Assembly: GCA_963710995.1 (NCBI GenBank) | Contig: CAVQCU010000212.1 | Location: forward strand, 32,084-96,083 | DNA length: 64,000 nt | Origin: an uncultured delta proteobacterium | GTDB taxonomy: Bacteria; Desulfobacterota; Syntrophia; Syntrophales; Smithellaceae | Reading direction: 5' to 3' | Part shown: piece after piece, positions 45,722 to 55,123 of the stretch | How the letters are laid out: the number at the start of each line of letters is the position of its first letter | Position numbering within the stretch: position 1 is the first letter of the stretch | Program-made: the position numbers and the translations under genes | The notes under the pieces: model-generated | What the model was told of the DNA's origin: nothing | Database searches by the model: none | What the model saw: the letters and a program-made list of their open reading frames with translations, nothing else

Positions 45722-47563
45722 ATGAGTGCATTATATTTGATGATTGGTGCTTTATGTTGTTTTGTTTTGGCATATCGCTATTACGCTGCGTTCATCGCAG
45801 CAAAGGTTCTTATGCTAGACGACAGGAATATCTCACCGTCCATTTCCTGCAATGACGGCCAGAATTATGTCCCCACAAATAAGTGGATCGTTTTCGGCCA
45901 TCATTTTGCCGCCATCGCCGGTGCGGGGCCACTAATCGGACCGGTTCTGGCCGCCCAGTATGGCTGGGGACCAGGCTTTTTCTGGATTCTGCTGGGCAGC
46001 GTCTTTGCCGGTTGCGTCCATGACATGATCATTCTTTTCGCATCCTATCGCCACCAGGGGCAATCTCTGTCTGTCATCGCTGAAAAGGACGTCGGTAAGA
46101 TCACTGGCGGCGTTACGGCGGTCGTGATCCTCTTCATCATCATCGTCGCCCTGGCTGGTCTAGGTGTAGCCGTGGTCAACGCCCTGTTCAACAATCCCTG
46201 GGGCGTCTTCTCCATTGCTATGACGATTCCCATCGCAATGTGCATCGGTGTTTATATGTTCAAGATCAAACCGGGAGCGATTCTTTCCGGATCTATCGCC
46301 GGATTCATTCTGGTCTGTGCCGCTGTACTTGTTGGCCCCTATGTTGCCGACTCCGGCCTTGCCTCCTTTTTTACCTTCAGTAAAAAGGAGGTGTCAATCC
46401 TCCTGCCTCTCTATGGCTTCTGTGCAGCAGCCATTCCCGTCTGGCTCCTCCTCGCCCCGCGGGACTATCTCAGCACCTTTATGAAGATCGGCGTCATCGC
46501 CGCCCTGGCGGTTGGCCTTCTCTTCGTGAACCCGACGATAAAGATGCCCTTCACCACACAGTTCCTATCTGGCGGCGGTCCGATCATCTCCGGCCCCTGG
46601 TGGCCCTATGTGTTCATTACCATCGCCTGCGGTGCTATTTCGGGATTCCACTCCCTCATCGGCTCGGGAACGACGCCGAAGATGATCGAACATGAAACGG
46701 AGATCACTTTTATTGGCTACGGCGCCATGTTGACAGAGGCTTTCGTAAGCATCATGGCCCTGCTCTCCGCCATCACCCTCAATCCGAGCGACTATTACGC
46801 CATCAATACCTCTGCCGACGTCTATGCGAAACTGAAGATGAGTGTCGTCGATTTGCCGGTCCTCAGTCAGTTGGTCGGATTAAACATTGCTCATCGCCCG
46901 GGTGGCGGTATCTCCCTTGCCGTTGGCATGGCCCATATCTTTGCCAATATCGGCGAGGGGCTCCGGCATACGATGAAGTACTGGTTCCAGTTCATAATCA
47001 TGTTCGAGGCGTTGTTCATCCTGACGACCATCGACGCCGGAACGCGTGTGGCCCGCTATATCCTCCAGGATATTCTCGGCTATGCCTTCAAGCCCCTCAG
47101 CCGGAAAGACTGGATTCCCGGCACGGTGTTGTGCAGCGCCCTTGTTTCCTTAGCCTGGGGTTATTTGCTATACACAGGTGACATTTCTTCCATATGGCCG
47201 ATGTTTGGCGCCACGAATCAGACCTTGTCCGCCCTGGCGCTGGCCATCGGCACGACCATCATTTTAAGGATCGGGCAGAAAAAGATCTATGCGCTGATCA
47301 CCTTTATTCCCTGTGCCTTTGTGACAGTCACCACGTTTGCAGCTGGGATCATGAACATCCAGATGTACCTTGCCAAGAATCAAATGCTGAACGCTTGGCT
47401 GAGCATCGGCATTATCGTACTCGTGGTCATCATCATTGTAGACAACGTCCATGTCTGGATGAAGCTGCTCAAGACCGACACGCCCATAGGCATGAATATT
47501 GAGCGTGAAACTGTTTACTGTCCGACAATTTCCTCTGATATGCCGCCCGACGCGAGGCCATGA
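45722..47563 (+). CDS. cstA: Carbon starvation protein A (peptide/pyruvate transporter family)
   Basis: Typical CstA N-terminus (FGHHFAAIAGAGPLIGPVLAAQ), ~16 TM segments, ~610 aa. Confidence 0.92.
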   Translation: MSALYLMIGALCCFVLAYRYYAAFIAAKVLMLDDRNISPSISCNDGQNYVPTNKWIVFGHHFAAIAGAGPLIGPVLAAQYGWGPGFFWILLGSVFAGCVHDMIILFASYRHQGQSLSVIAEKDVGKITGGVTAVVILFIIIVALAGLGVAVVNALFNNPWGVFSIAMTIPIAMCIGVYMFKIKPGAILSGSIAGFILVCAAVLVGPYVADSGLASFFTFSKKEVSILLPLYGFCAAAIPVWLLLAPRDYLSTFMKIGVIAALAVGLLFVNPTIKMPFTTQFLSGGGPIISGPWWPYVFITIACGAISGFHSLIGSGTTPKMIEHETEITFIGYGAMLTEAFVSIMALLSAITLNPSDYYAINTSADVYAKLKMSVVDLPVLSQLVGLNIAHRPGGGISLAVGMAHIFANIGEGLRHTMKYWFQFIIMFEALFILTTIDAGTRVARYILQDILGYAFKPLSRKDWIPGTVLCSALVSLAWGYLLYTGDISSIWPMFGATNQTLSALALAIGTTIILRIGQKKIYALITFIPCAFVTVTTFAAGIMNIQMYLAKNQMLNAWLSIGIIVLVVIIIVDNVHVWMKLLKTDTPIGMNIERETVYCPTISSDMPPDARP

Positions 47564-47628
47564 TTTCATAACTTAATCGCTTTTTTTAATCGAAGAGAGG
47601 ACTATTGATCCTCCCTTAAACATTTAAA

Positions 47629-47780
47629 AATTAGATTCAGCCATTTTTTGATTATTTCTGATTGAAACTCCTATGCCGACCTGTCGGCACAAATTCGAAT
47701 GTAAATAGATTTATTTATAGGGGAAATGTTGTGTGAATTAAGAAAATAAGAAAAACAACATTTGGAAGAAGTGATTGCTG
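47629..47780 (-). repeat. Right inverted repeat flanking cstA (with ~55-nt insert at 47668-47722)
   Basis: TCAGCCATTTTTTGATTATTTCTGATTGAAA ... AAATGTTGTGTGAATTAAGAAAATAAGAAAAACAACATTTGGAAGAAGTGATTGCTG is the reverse complement of the left repeat. Confidence 0.85.
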
Positions 47781-47877
47781 AAAACATCTTGTGTTCAGGG
47801 TGGCTGATTGTGATAAATCATTTAATGCGGGTTGAAATGTGCGTGCTCTTAGCTGCTTATCATCCGGGGTCATGCGA

Positions 47878-50019
47878 TCAACGTCCGGGCATACCCGCCT
47901 CGGCGTACAGAGCCGGCGGCGCAGGCAGGGCTGACCCCAGCGTCACCATATCGAGGAGAACATTGACGCTCTCATTCACGAACGGAACATACTGGTCTCG
48001 GGCTTTCTTCTTAAGCTCTGTCGGCGTTTCCTTCTTCTTGACGCGGCCTTCCTTCTCCATCTCCTTGCGTAAGTCGGCAAGCCGGATGACGCCCTTCTTG
48101 CCGGCGGCCTCTTTGTTGTTCTTGATAATCTCGGCAAACTTTGCGTCTTTGGCGACCCGGGCCTGGGACCTTACCGCCAGCTTCGAGAGCAGGGGCTGCT
48201 CCACAGGTTTCCAGAGTGGCGCGGCGTCTCCCGGCATGCCGCGGAAGGGTGTGATCGCCTGGACCGGAAGCGGGTAATCCAACGCCGTTTCACCAACATC
48301 TTCAAGAATGAACCAAATAGGCAGACGCACATTCGCTTCCACGCCAATTTTCTGCGTAGACTTACCGCCGGGCAAAAAGTACAGACTCGTGGTGACTTTC
48401 ATGGCGCCCAGTTCCCAGGGCAGAGGCGTCAGTTCCTGCACGGACCCCTTGCCGAAGGTATGATCCGATCCGACGATCACAGCGCGATGGTAGTCTTTGA
48501 GAGCACCCGCCACGATCTCGCTGGCTGATGCGCTCAAGCGGCTAGTCAACACGACGAGGGGGCCCGTGTAGACCGCGCGGGGATCTTCCGCGGGAAGCGT
48601 AATCACTTTGCGCTTGTCGCCTCCCGTCCCTGAAGCGGCTGAACCATTGGCAAGAATCGTCACCTGCTCGCTGTTGTCCTTGGTCGCCACGACTCCGCCC
48701 TTACCAAGAAAAAGGCCGGCAAGGCGCACCGCCTCCGTGAGCAGGCCTCCCCCATTGCGCGACAGGTCCAGCACGATCCCATCGACATGCTGACGTTTAG
48801 CCTCAGCAAGAAGGCGTTTCACGTCTTCATAGCAGGACTTATTTTCCTTCTCGTCGCCATAGAAGGAAGGAAGATCGATCACGCCGAAATGATACTGTCT
48901 GCCGTCCACCGTCCGTATCTCGTAGGCGATCTTAGCCTCCTGCTCCTTGATGTCGATCTTGTCGCGCGTGATCGTGGCGGTAAAGCGGTTCGTGTGTTCC
49001 GCCTGCCGCAGGATTGTCAGGGTTACCTTCGTGCCTTTCTTGCCGCGGATCATCTTGATAATGTCGCGCAGGTCCATGTCGATGACGTTAACGGGCTTTT
49101 CCCCTTCCTGGGCCACGGCGATAATCTTGTCCTTCGGCTTCAGCAGGCCCGAGCGTTCGGCGCCTCCCCCGGGAATCAACTCCTCAATGACAGTAAAGCC
49201 ATTGTCACTGCTGAGGACTGCCCCGACCCCCTCCAAGGAAAGCTGCATCTGAATCCGGAAGTCCTCAAAGTCTTCGGGAAACAGATAGCCCGTGTGCGGA
49301 TCCAGAGCCAGGGCAAAGGCCTCGGCGAAGCTCGTAATGAGCTTTTCAGGATTGCGCTCGACCACCCGCATCGTCTGCAGCTCATAGCGGTGAATCTGCT
49401 GCTTCCTGGCCTCCGCCAAGTCGACGCCTGCCAATAGGGTATTTTCAATCTGGAATTGCACGACCTTTTTCAGGAGTTCACGCTTTTCTGCTGTCGTCTT
49501 CACATAGGGGCGCTTCTTCACGTTGATGTTCAGCTCCACCGCACTGTCGAGACGGTAGTCCGGCCCCAGAATCTTTTTGACAATGGCCTCGGTCTCCCGC
49601 GCCCGTGCGACGAGCACATCGTATACCTGAATAAGCAAAGCACAATCGCCGGCTTGTACGCTTGCAAACACGCCTTGCAGAACCGGCTTTAGCCTTTCCA
49701 AATCGGATTCGTACAGCAGCGTTTTAGAGGGGTCCAGACTTTTGATCATCTGGTCGACGGCGTGAGTCTCGATCTCCCCGGTCATATTCTTCATCGCGTA
49801 GTGGTTGTCCAGGAAGCTTTCCATCAGCATGGGCAGGCGACGGCACGTAAGGTTTTCAGCCACTGAGGAAATAGGCAACAGCAAGATCAGCAGCAGAATC
49901 AGCAGCAGCCTCCGAAAACATAACCCGCGCTTGCTACCAAAGGCCGCTCTGCGGCTACAGTGATTGTCCCGGAGAGTGTTTCCGGAGATGTTTTCGACGC
50001 TTCTATCGCACATGCTCAT
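47878..50019 (-). CDS. prc: Carboxy-terminal processing (tail-specific) protease, peptidase S41
   Basis: PDZ region, S41 catalytic region (TSRLSASASEI... K) and a long C-terminal extension. The exact start is uncertain. Confidence 0.85.
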   Translation of the reverse strand: MSMCDRSVENISGNTLRDNHCSRRAAFGSKRGLCFRRLLLILLLILLLPISSVAENLTCRRLPMLMESFLDNHYAMKNMTGEIETHAVDQMIKSLDPSKTLLYESDLERLKPVLQGVFASVQAGDCALLIQVYDVLVARARETEAIVKKILGPDYRLDSAVELNINVKKRPYVKTTAEKRELLKKVVQFQIENTLLAGVDLAEARKQQIHRYELQTMRVVERNPEKLITSFAEAFALALDPHTGYLFPEDFEDFRIQMQLSLEGVGAVLSSDNGFTVIEELIPGGGAERSGLLKPKDKIIAVAQEGEKPVNVIDMDLRDIIKMIRGKKGTKVTLTILRQAEHTNRFTATITRDKIDIKEQEAKIAYEIRTVDGRQYHFGVIDLPSFYGDEKENKSCYEDVKRLLAEAKRQHVDGIVLDLSRNGGGLLTEAVRLAGLFLGKGGVVATKDNSEQVTILANGSAASGTGGDKRKVITLPAEDPRAVYTGPLVVLTSRLSASASEIVAGALKDYHRAVIVGSDHTFGKGSVQELTPLPWELGAMKVTTSLYFLPGGKSTQKIGVEANVRLPIWFILEDVGETALDYPLPVQAITPFRGMPGDAAPLWKPVEQPLLSKLAVRSQARVAKDAKFAEIIKNNKEAAGKKGVIRLADLRKEMEKEGRVKKKETPTELKKKARDQYVPFVNESVNVLLDMVTLGSALPAPPALYAEAGMPGR

Positions 50020-50091
50020 GCTCTCTGTTCTTCCCGCCGTACCGGGGCACGGCTGTCCATTCTTTTTTGCTCTGTATGAGAAATCATACGA

Positions 50092-50170
50092 TATAATAAC
50101 GCGACCTCCGCGATTTATGGCGCATTCATCCGCCGGCTGGAGACGGGGGATTCCAAGTCGCAGGATTGAT
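50092..50170 (+). repeat. R4 repeat, copy 3
   Basis: TATAATAACGCGACCTCCGCG...GGGGATTCCAAGTCGCAGGATTGA aligns with copy 1. Confidence 0.8.
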
Positions 50171-50226
50171 AAGGAAGAAAGATACAGAATTTCACTCCGT
50201 TATCATTCAACTGGACGGAAAAGGAA

Positions 50227-50652
50227 TTACAATCGGGAAGTCTCTTCGTCCTGAGATTCTTTCTCCTTACCGATTATATAGGCATCTATGACAGCAAATA
50301 TCCAAAAGCAAACAATAAGGTAGAAAACAGCGTTATGATAGGGGTCTGTGGTTAATATTTTTGAGCCGGCAAGGTTTGATAACTCTTGCAGGTTATCGGT
50401 GCCATTCTGTAACATAACCACAGCGTCGTCAACAACACTGAATGCGGATATCGCGACTGGCCAGATGATATAGCCTAATCCGGCAAAGAAAAAAAGCATG
50501 ATTAACAGACCCCTCCAATGTCTTTTCAAATAGAACTGGCCAACGCCGGGAAAAACGAATGCGGATAGAAGTGCGGCTTTACAGGATACTTTCATTTCGA
50601 TGCTCGCTACCGTTTTGTTTGCATCCCCGATTAGGTCGAGGATAAGATTCAC
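50227..50652 (-). CDS. Hypothetical membrane protein
   Basis: Three or four TM segments and a GVGQFYLKRHWRG motif. Family not recognised. Confidence 0.55.
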   Translation of the reverse strand: MNLILDLIGDANKTVASIEMKVSCKAALLSAFVFPGVGQFYLKRHWRGLLIMLFFFAGLGYIIWPVAISAFSVVDDAVVMLQNGTDNLQELSNLAGSKILTTDPYHNAVFYLIVCFWIFAVIDAYIIGKEKESQDEETSRL

Positions 50653-50672
50653 ACGGGAAAACCTTCCCCCTT

Positions 50673-50912
50673 CTACTTCTGCGTATCTTCACTTACTTTT
50701 TTAGCCGCTTCTTCAGTAACTTTATTGGCTCGGCTCACCGCGTCACTGGCCTGTTTGGCTTTTTCTATAGCCGGCTGGGCCTGCTCCGCACCGCCCATCA
50801 TAACTGTGGCCATCGGTTTGGCGAAATACCTGGCCCAATAAATAGCAGCAACTATGATTAGCGCGATTATCACAACCAAAACTAATTTCGAAATGCCTTT
50901 TTCTTTTTCCAT
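50673..50912 (-). CDS. Small membrane-anchored hypothetical protein
   Basis: Single N-terminal TM, A/K/E-rich tail. Confidence 0.45.
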   Translation of the reverse strand: MEKEKGISKLVLVVIIALIIVAAIYWARYFAKPMATVMMGGAEQAQPAIEKAKQASDAVSRANKVTEEAAKKVSEDTQK

Positions 50913-51058
50913 TTTTTGGTCCTCCGTTAGAACAAGTATATCCCTTTGCAGTATTTTTTAGTTAAAATTTGCTTTCGTTAAGGTGAAGCATAGGAAAAAA
51001 TATATTGTCTGTCAATGAAATTCGGTGTTTCATTCCCTATTTTATATCCAAGATTTTC

Positions 51059-51087
51059 TTGACATACAGGATCGATTTTCTTATAGT
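51059..51087 (+). promoter_or_regulatory. P5 promoter cassette copy 1 (TTGACA-17-TATAGT)
   Basis: The -35, spacer length, -10 and ~30-nt downstream leader are conserved with copies at 59221 and 62626. Confidence 0.7.
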
Positions 51088-51135
51088 TCGAGCATAAAGA
51101 AGTAATATCTTATCAAAATAAGGAGGGTGCTTGAG

Positions 51136-51627
51136 ATGGCGAATTTAAGCAAAGACCGACTGATTTTTGGAGTGTTCTTGATTATTGTAGTGGCACTGGG
51201 AGAGATCATTTTAGGGCAATTAAAATATCCAGCCTGGCCGGCCTTTATGGTCATGATATTTTTCTTTGAAGCGCATATGGACATCAAGAAGGCCCCCCAC
51301 ATTCTGGTGGGAGGTTTGTTCGGCATCGCAAATATAATCCTTATCAAGATATTTCTGGGAGCTGCGGCTGCCTCTATGGGACTGGAACTAGCGATGTTGG
51401 TGTATGTTGTCGTTTTTGTGTACCTGATTGTAGCTCTCGGGGAAGTAGTGCCCGTAATTTTTAATAACTACGCATTCATGTACTTTTTGGTAGCGGGCGT
51501 GGCCGCCAAAGGCCCGGCACCCAATGTATTCGTCTGGATGGGGGTGGAAGTCGTAGGTGGAGCAATATTCATTGCCGCCATATTGGGTATTATGAAAATA
51601 ATGGGCTTCCTGGCAACAAAAAAATAA
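51136..51627 (+). CDS. Hypothetical integral membrane protein
   Basis: Five TM segments. ATG at 51136 has an AAGGAGG SD at 9 nt. The track start at 51127 is a GTG inside the SD. Confidence 0.6.
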   Translation: MANLSKDRLIFGVFLIIVVALGEIILGQLKYPAWPAFMVMIFFFEAHMDIKKAPHILVGGLFGIANIILIKIFLGAAAASMGLELAMLVYVVVFVYLIVALGEVVPVIFNNYAFMYFLVAGVAAKGPAPNVFVWMGVEVVGGAIFIAAILGIMKIMGFLATKK

Positions 51628-51710
51628 TCTTAAAACAGATCGAGGCGGCCTCGCTTTATGGCCGCCGCCGATTATTGCCTGATTTAAGTTCTACAGATTT
51701 GTCCGAATAT

Positions 51711-52928
51711 TTAATCTACGCGGATGACAATGGCGTTACCCTGGGCCAGACCGCCGCAGATGCCGCATACCCCGTAACCGCCGCCCCGGCGTTTAAGCTC
51801 GTACATCATGGTCATCAAAATGCGTCCGCCGCTGGCGCCTACCGGGTGGCCGATAGCGATGGCCCCGCCGTTGGGGTTGGTCTTTTTTAACATCTCGCGC
51901 CACTTGGTTTCATCGCCGCCGGCCAGAATCTTGGTGGATACAAGGGTTACTGCAGCAAAGGCTTCGTTGATTTCAATTATTTTCATATCATCTATCGTAA
52001 GCGAAGCGCACTCCAGCGCCCTGCCGATTACTTTTGCCGGCAATTCGGCCATCCTTCTAGGTTCACCCGCTCCGCTGGCCACCGCAACAATCGTGGCAAA
52101 TGGTTTGATACCCAAGGATTCGGCTTTGGAGCGGCGCATGACAATTACGGCCGTCGCTCCGGCATCCAGACCGGGAGCGTTCCCTGCTTTCACGGTGGAA
52201 CTGCCGTAAATGGTTTTCAATTTGGCCAAAGCGTCCATTGTGGTATCCGGTCTGGGAAGTTCATCTTTGCCGAATATGACATGCACACCTTTCTTGGACG
52301 GACGTTCGACGCTCACCAATTCATCCGTGAACTTTCCGGCCTTGTCGGCTGCAGCCCATTTCTGATGTGAACTCAACGCCCATGCGTCCTGCTCCTCGCG
52401 CGAGATGCCGTGTTCAATGGCGATTTCGCCAGCATCGCGTCCCAATGGTGTATATTCCCGGTAGGTGATAGGATTGAGATAATTCTGTACCACAAGCGGC
52501 TTCATACCAGTGCCCCGGCGATGTCCATTGATTAATAGCGGGGTATTGCTCATGTTCTCGGCTCCCACGGCCATGCAGGTATCGGCTTCGGAAAGCAAAA
52601 TAGCCCGGCGGCCCAATTGCACCGCGCACAGCGATGAACAGCAGGCTCTGTCCAGAGTAAGCGATACCAGAGTATTCGGAAGACCGGCGCGCAGAATAGC
52701 CTGACGCGCGTTAACGTTGTCGTAAAGGGCGGCCTCGGCCTGATCGCACATACCGTAATAAACCTCATCCAGTTCTTCGCCTTTGAGACCTGCTCGTTTC
52801 AAGCTCTCTTTGATGACAATCACGCCCAGATCCGTGCTGTGGATTTCTTTCAGCGCGCCGCCGAATTTACTGAAAGGGGTGCGTACTCCGCTAACAATGA
52901 CCACATCGTCTTTGTGTTTTGTATTCAT
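51711..52928 (-). CDS. Thiolase-family acetyl-CoA acetyltransferase
   Basis: Active-site region LDRACCSSL and C-terminal GICGGLAQGNA. Confidence 0.88.
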   Translation of the reverse strand: MNTKHKDDVVIVSGVRTPFSKFGGALKEIHSTDLGVIVIKESLKRAGLKGEELDEVYYGMCDQAEAALYDNVNARQAILRAGLPNTLVSLTLDRACCSSLCAVQLGRRAILLSEADTCMAVGAENMSNTPLLINGHRRGTGMKPLVVQNYLNPITYREYTPLGRDAGEIAIEHGISREEQDAWALSSHQKWAAADKAGKFTDELVSVERPSKKGVHVIFGKDELPRPDTTMDALAKLKTIYGSSTVKAGNAPGLDAGATAVIVMRRSKAESLGIKPFATIVAVASGAGEPRRMAELPAKVIGRALECASLTIDDMKIIEINEAFAAVTLVSTKILAGGDETKWREMLKKTNPNGGAIAIGHPVGASGGRILMTMMYELKRRGGGYGVCGICGGLAQGNAIVIRVD

Positions 52929-52931
52929 AGA

Positions 52932-53072
52932 CTACTCCTTATCGACTCCGCAGAGAAATTTGGCGGACTTCTGTATTTGTTTCATGTCGGCCAGTCTGCC
53001 TTTTTCCGAGCGATGAATGGTGACGGTGGCAACCTTGTCTTCGATTTTCTTTAACAGATACTGCCATGCCAT
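52932..53072 (-). CDS. 46-aa ORF resembling a crotonase N-terminus (possible remnant)
   Basis: MAWQYLLKKIEDKVATVTIHRSEKG.. resembles the start of enoyl-CoA hydratases. It ends 4 nt before the thiolase start. Confidence 0.2.
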   Translation of the reverse strand: MAWQYLLKKIEDKVATVTIHRSEKGRLADMKQIQKSAKFLCGVDKE

Positions 53073-53110
53073 TTTTCGATTCTCCTTATGTTAATGGTCG
53101 CAAACTGTAA

Positions 53111-54273
53111 TCAGCGATTCCTGCCCATCTTCTCATGACTAGACACCAAATCACGCGCCAGGATGGCGCTCAATAATGAAAGCTCGCCGCACAACACGGT
53201 GGCGGCCACAATCTCGGCTAGTTTGCGCACCTTGCCAACGCCATAGCAATCCATGATTTCCAGACATTCTCATTGTGTGGCCAGCGCCGTGCCCCCGCCA
53301 TAGGTCCCTACAATCAGGGATGGGATGGTAATCGAAAAGTAATAACTGTTGTCGGGTTGTTGATCGGCAAAAACAATCGCCGGCGAAGACTCGGCTACAT
53401 TGGCCGCATCCTGACCCGTGGCGATAAAGATGGCTGTGATCCCGTTGGCCGAGTGCATGCCGTTATTGCTTGATCCGGCCAGCATGGCGCCAGTATTGGT
53501 TATATTGCGCAGTCGTAAGAGTTCGCCAGGCGGAAACTTGGCGATATTGGTGATGAGATCACCGGGAATGGCTGCCTCGGCAATGACCCGCTTGCCGCGC
53601 GCGTGTAGGCTGTTGAGGGAAGAACTTTTCTTGTCCATATCCATATTGCCGGAGAGAGTATAGTGCCGGATGGCGGGGTGATTGGCCCGCAGCCATTCGC
53701 AGGCGGCAAAAGTGGTCTTGCCGACCATATTCTGTCCAGCGGCATCGCCAGTAGTAAAATTGAAGCGCAAAAATAAAAGCTTGCCTGCCGTGTAGTGTTC
53801 GATATTCCTAAGCCTGCCGATGAAAGTGGTCTTGTAGGTCACCTCCTTGATCTCGGCGAAATGCTGAGTAACCCAGTGCGAAAAATTCCTGGCCTCTCTC
53901 GCGTTGTCGAAAACAAATACCGGGGCGCGCTGCATGGCGTCATCCACGATTGTGGTCGTTACTCCGCCGCATTCATACACGAGTTTCATGCCGCGGTTAT
54001 AGCTGGCCACGAGGGTACCTTCAGTGGTGGCCATGGGCATGTAAAATTCTCCCTGGGCATGTTCGCCATTCATCAGCAAAGGCCCGGCTATTCCGATAGG
54101 CACTTGGGCCACACCGATAAAGCTTTCGATATTGCCTTGAGCATGGACGGGTCGAAGGAATGGCGGCCGACATGATTCACAGCCACGCCGGTTTTTTTCT
54201 TGATAAAGTCGTGGCGGGCAACGATAGAATCCGGTGTGTAGTCATCTTTCGAGCGAGGAATCTTGTCTTCCAT
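53111..54273 (-). pseudogene. HMG-CoA reductase (class I-like), with one frame change and one in-frame TGA
   Basis: GNIESFIGVAQVPIGIAGPL, TTEGTLVAS, GDAAGQNM, GGGTALATQ-TGA-ECLEIM..LCGELSLLSA. Frame change at the GG run 54135-54136; TGA at 53270-53272. Confidence 0.75.
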
Positions 54274-54514
54274 ATTCTTACTCCTTTAACTTTTATTCAT
54301 TATAGAGCGCGTTTAGTTTTTCGCCATATTATAAGAATCCAGGTTCGTTGCCGAAACGACTCTTCTTTCATTTGCTATTGGTGTATCTCCTTTTTTTGTC
54401 TGAAATTACAAATCAATAATGATCATCATTGCAAAATATTTTCATTTATTATAGGCATGAAAATATAAATAGTGTCAATTAATTATTCGTATGAAATAAG
54501 GAGCAAAAGGCGAC

Positions 54515-54970
54515 ATGTCACAAATCTATCGATATGAATTAACGGTGCCTAAAGATGCTTTAGATGTGAACGGCCACGTAAACAATATTGAGTATTTACG
54601 CTGGATGCAAGAAGCCGCCATTCTTCATTCTGATAGTCAAGGCTGCACTAAGGTAACGACGGCAGCCGGCGCGACATGGGTTGTCCGGATGCATCGTGTC
54701 GAATACTTACGCCCAGCGTTCACCGGTGAACAAATTATCGTTTTGACGTGGGTATCCACCTTTCGCCGGGTACAATCTCTCCGCAAATACAGGATCATTC
54801 GTGCCAAAGACAATGCCGTTCTTGTCGAAGGCGAAACCGACTGGGTTTTCGTCGATGCCCAAACCGGCCGGCTGCGCTCAATACCAAAAAATGTTATAGC
54901 CGCTTTTGAAGTACTGCCCAAAGAGAAGGAATCAGAAATTCTCAATCACGTAAAACCAATAGTTAGATAA
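54515..54970 (+). CDS. Hotdog-fold acyl-CoA thioesterase (4HBT/YbgC-like)
   Basis: DVNGHVNN motif at the N-terminus, ~150 aa. Confidence 0.8.
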   Translation: MSQIYRYELTVPKDALDVNGHVNNIEYLRWMQEAAILHSDSQGCTKVTTAAGATWVVRMHRVEYLRPAFTGEQIIVLTWVSTFRRVQSLRKYRIIRAKDNAVLVEGETDWVFVDAQTGRLRSIPKNVIAAFEVLPKEKESEILNHVKPIVR

Positions 54971-55123
54971 GTCATTCAACGACAACCATTATATTTTGCT
55001 GGTAATTTCCCTTGACACGCAACTCAGTAAAAAGTTAAATTATACGCGGTCCCGGGCAATTCCGGAATAAAGGCAGAAAGACAAAGAACGCCTACAATTT
55101 TTATCGAAAGAAAATGATGGCAG

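Noticed and set aside
53270-53272. In-frame TGA of HMG-CoA reductase as selenocysteine
   Set aside because: I see no convincing SECIS-type hairpin in the ~40 nt after the TGA. I know of no selenoprotein form of this enzyme, and the same gene also carries a frame change. A nonsense mutation is the simpler reading, though it was not formally excluded.
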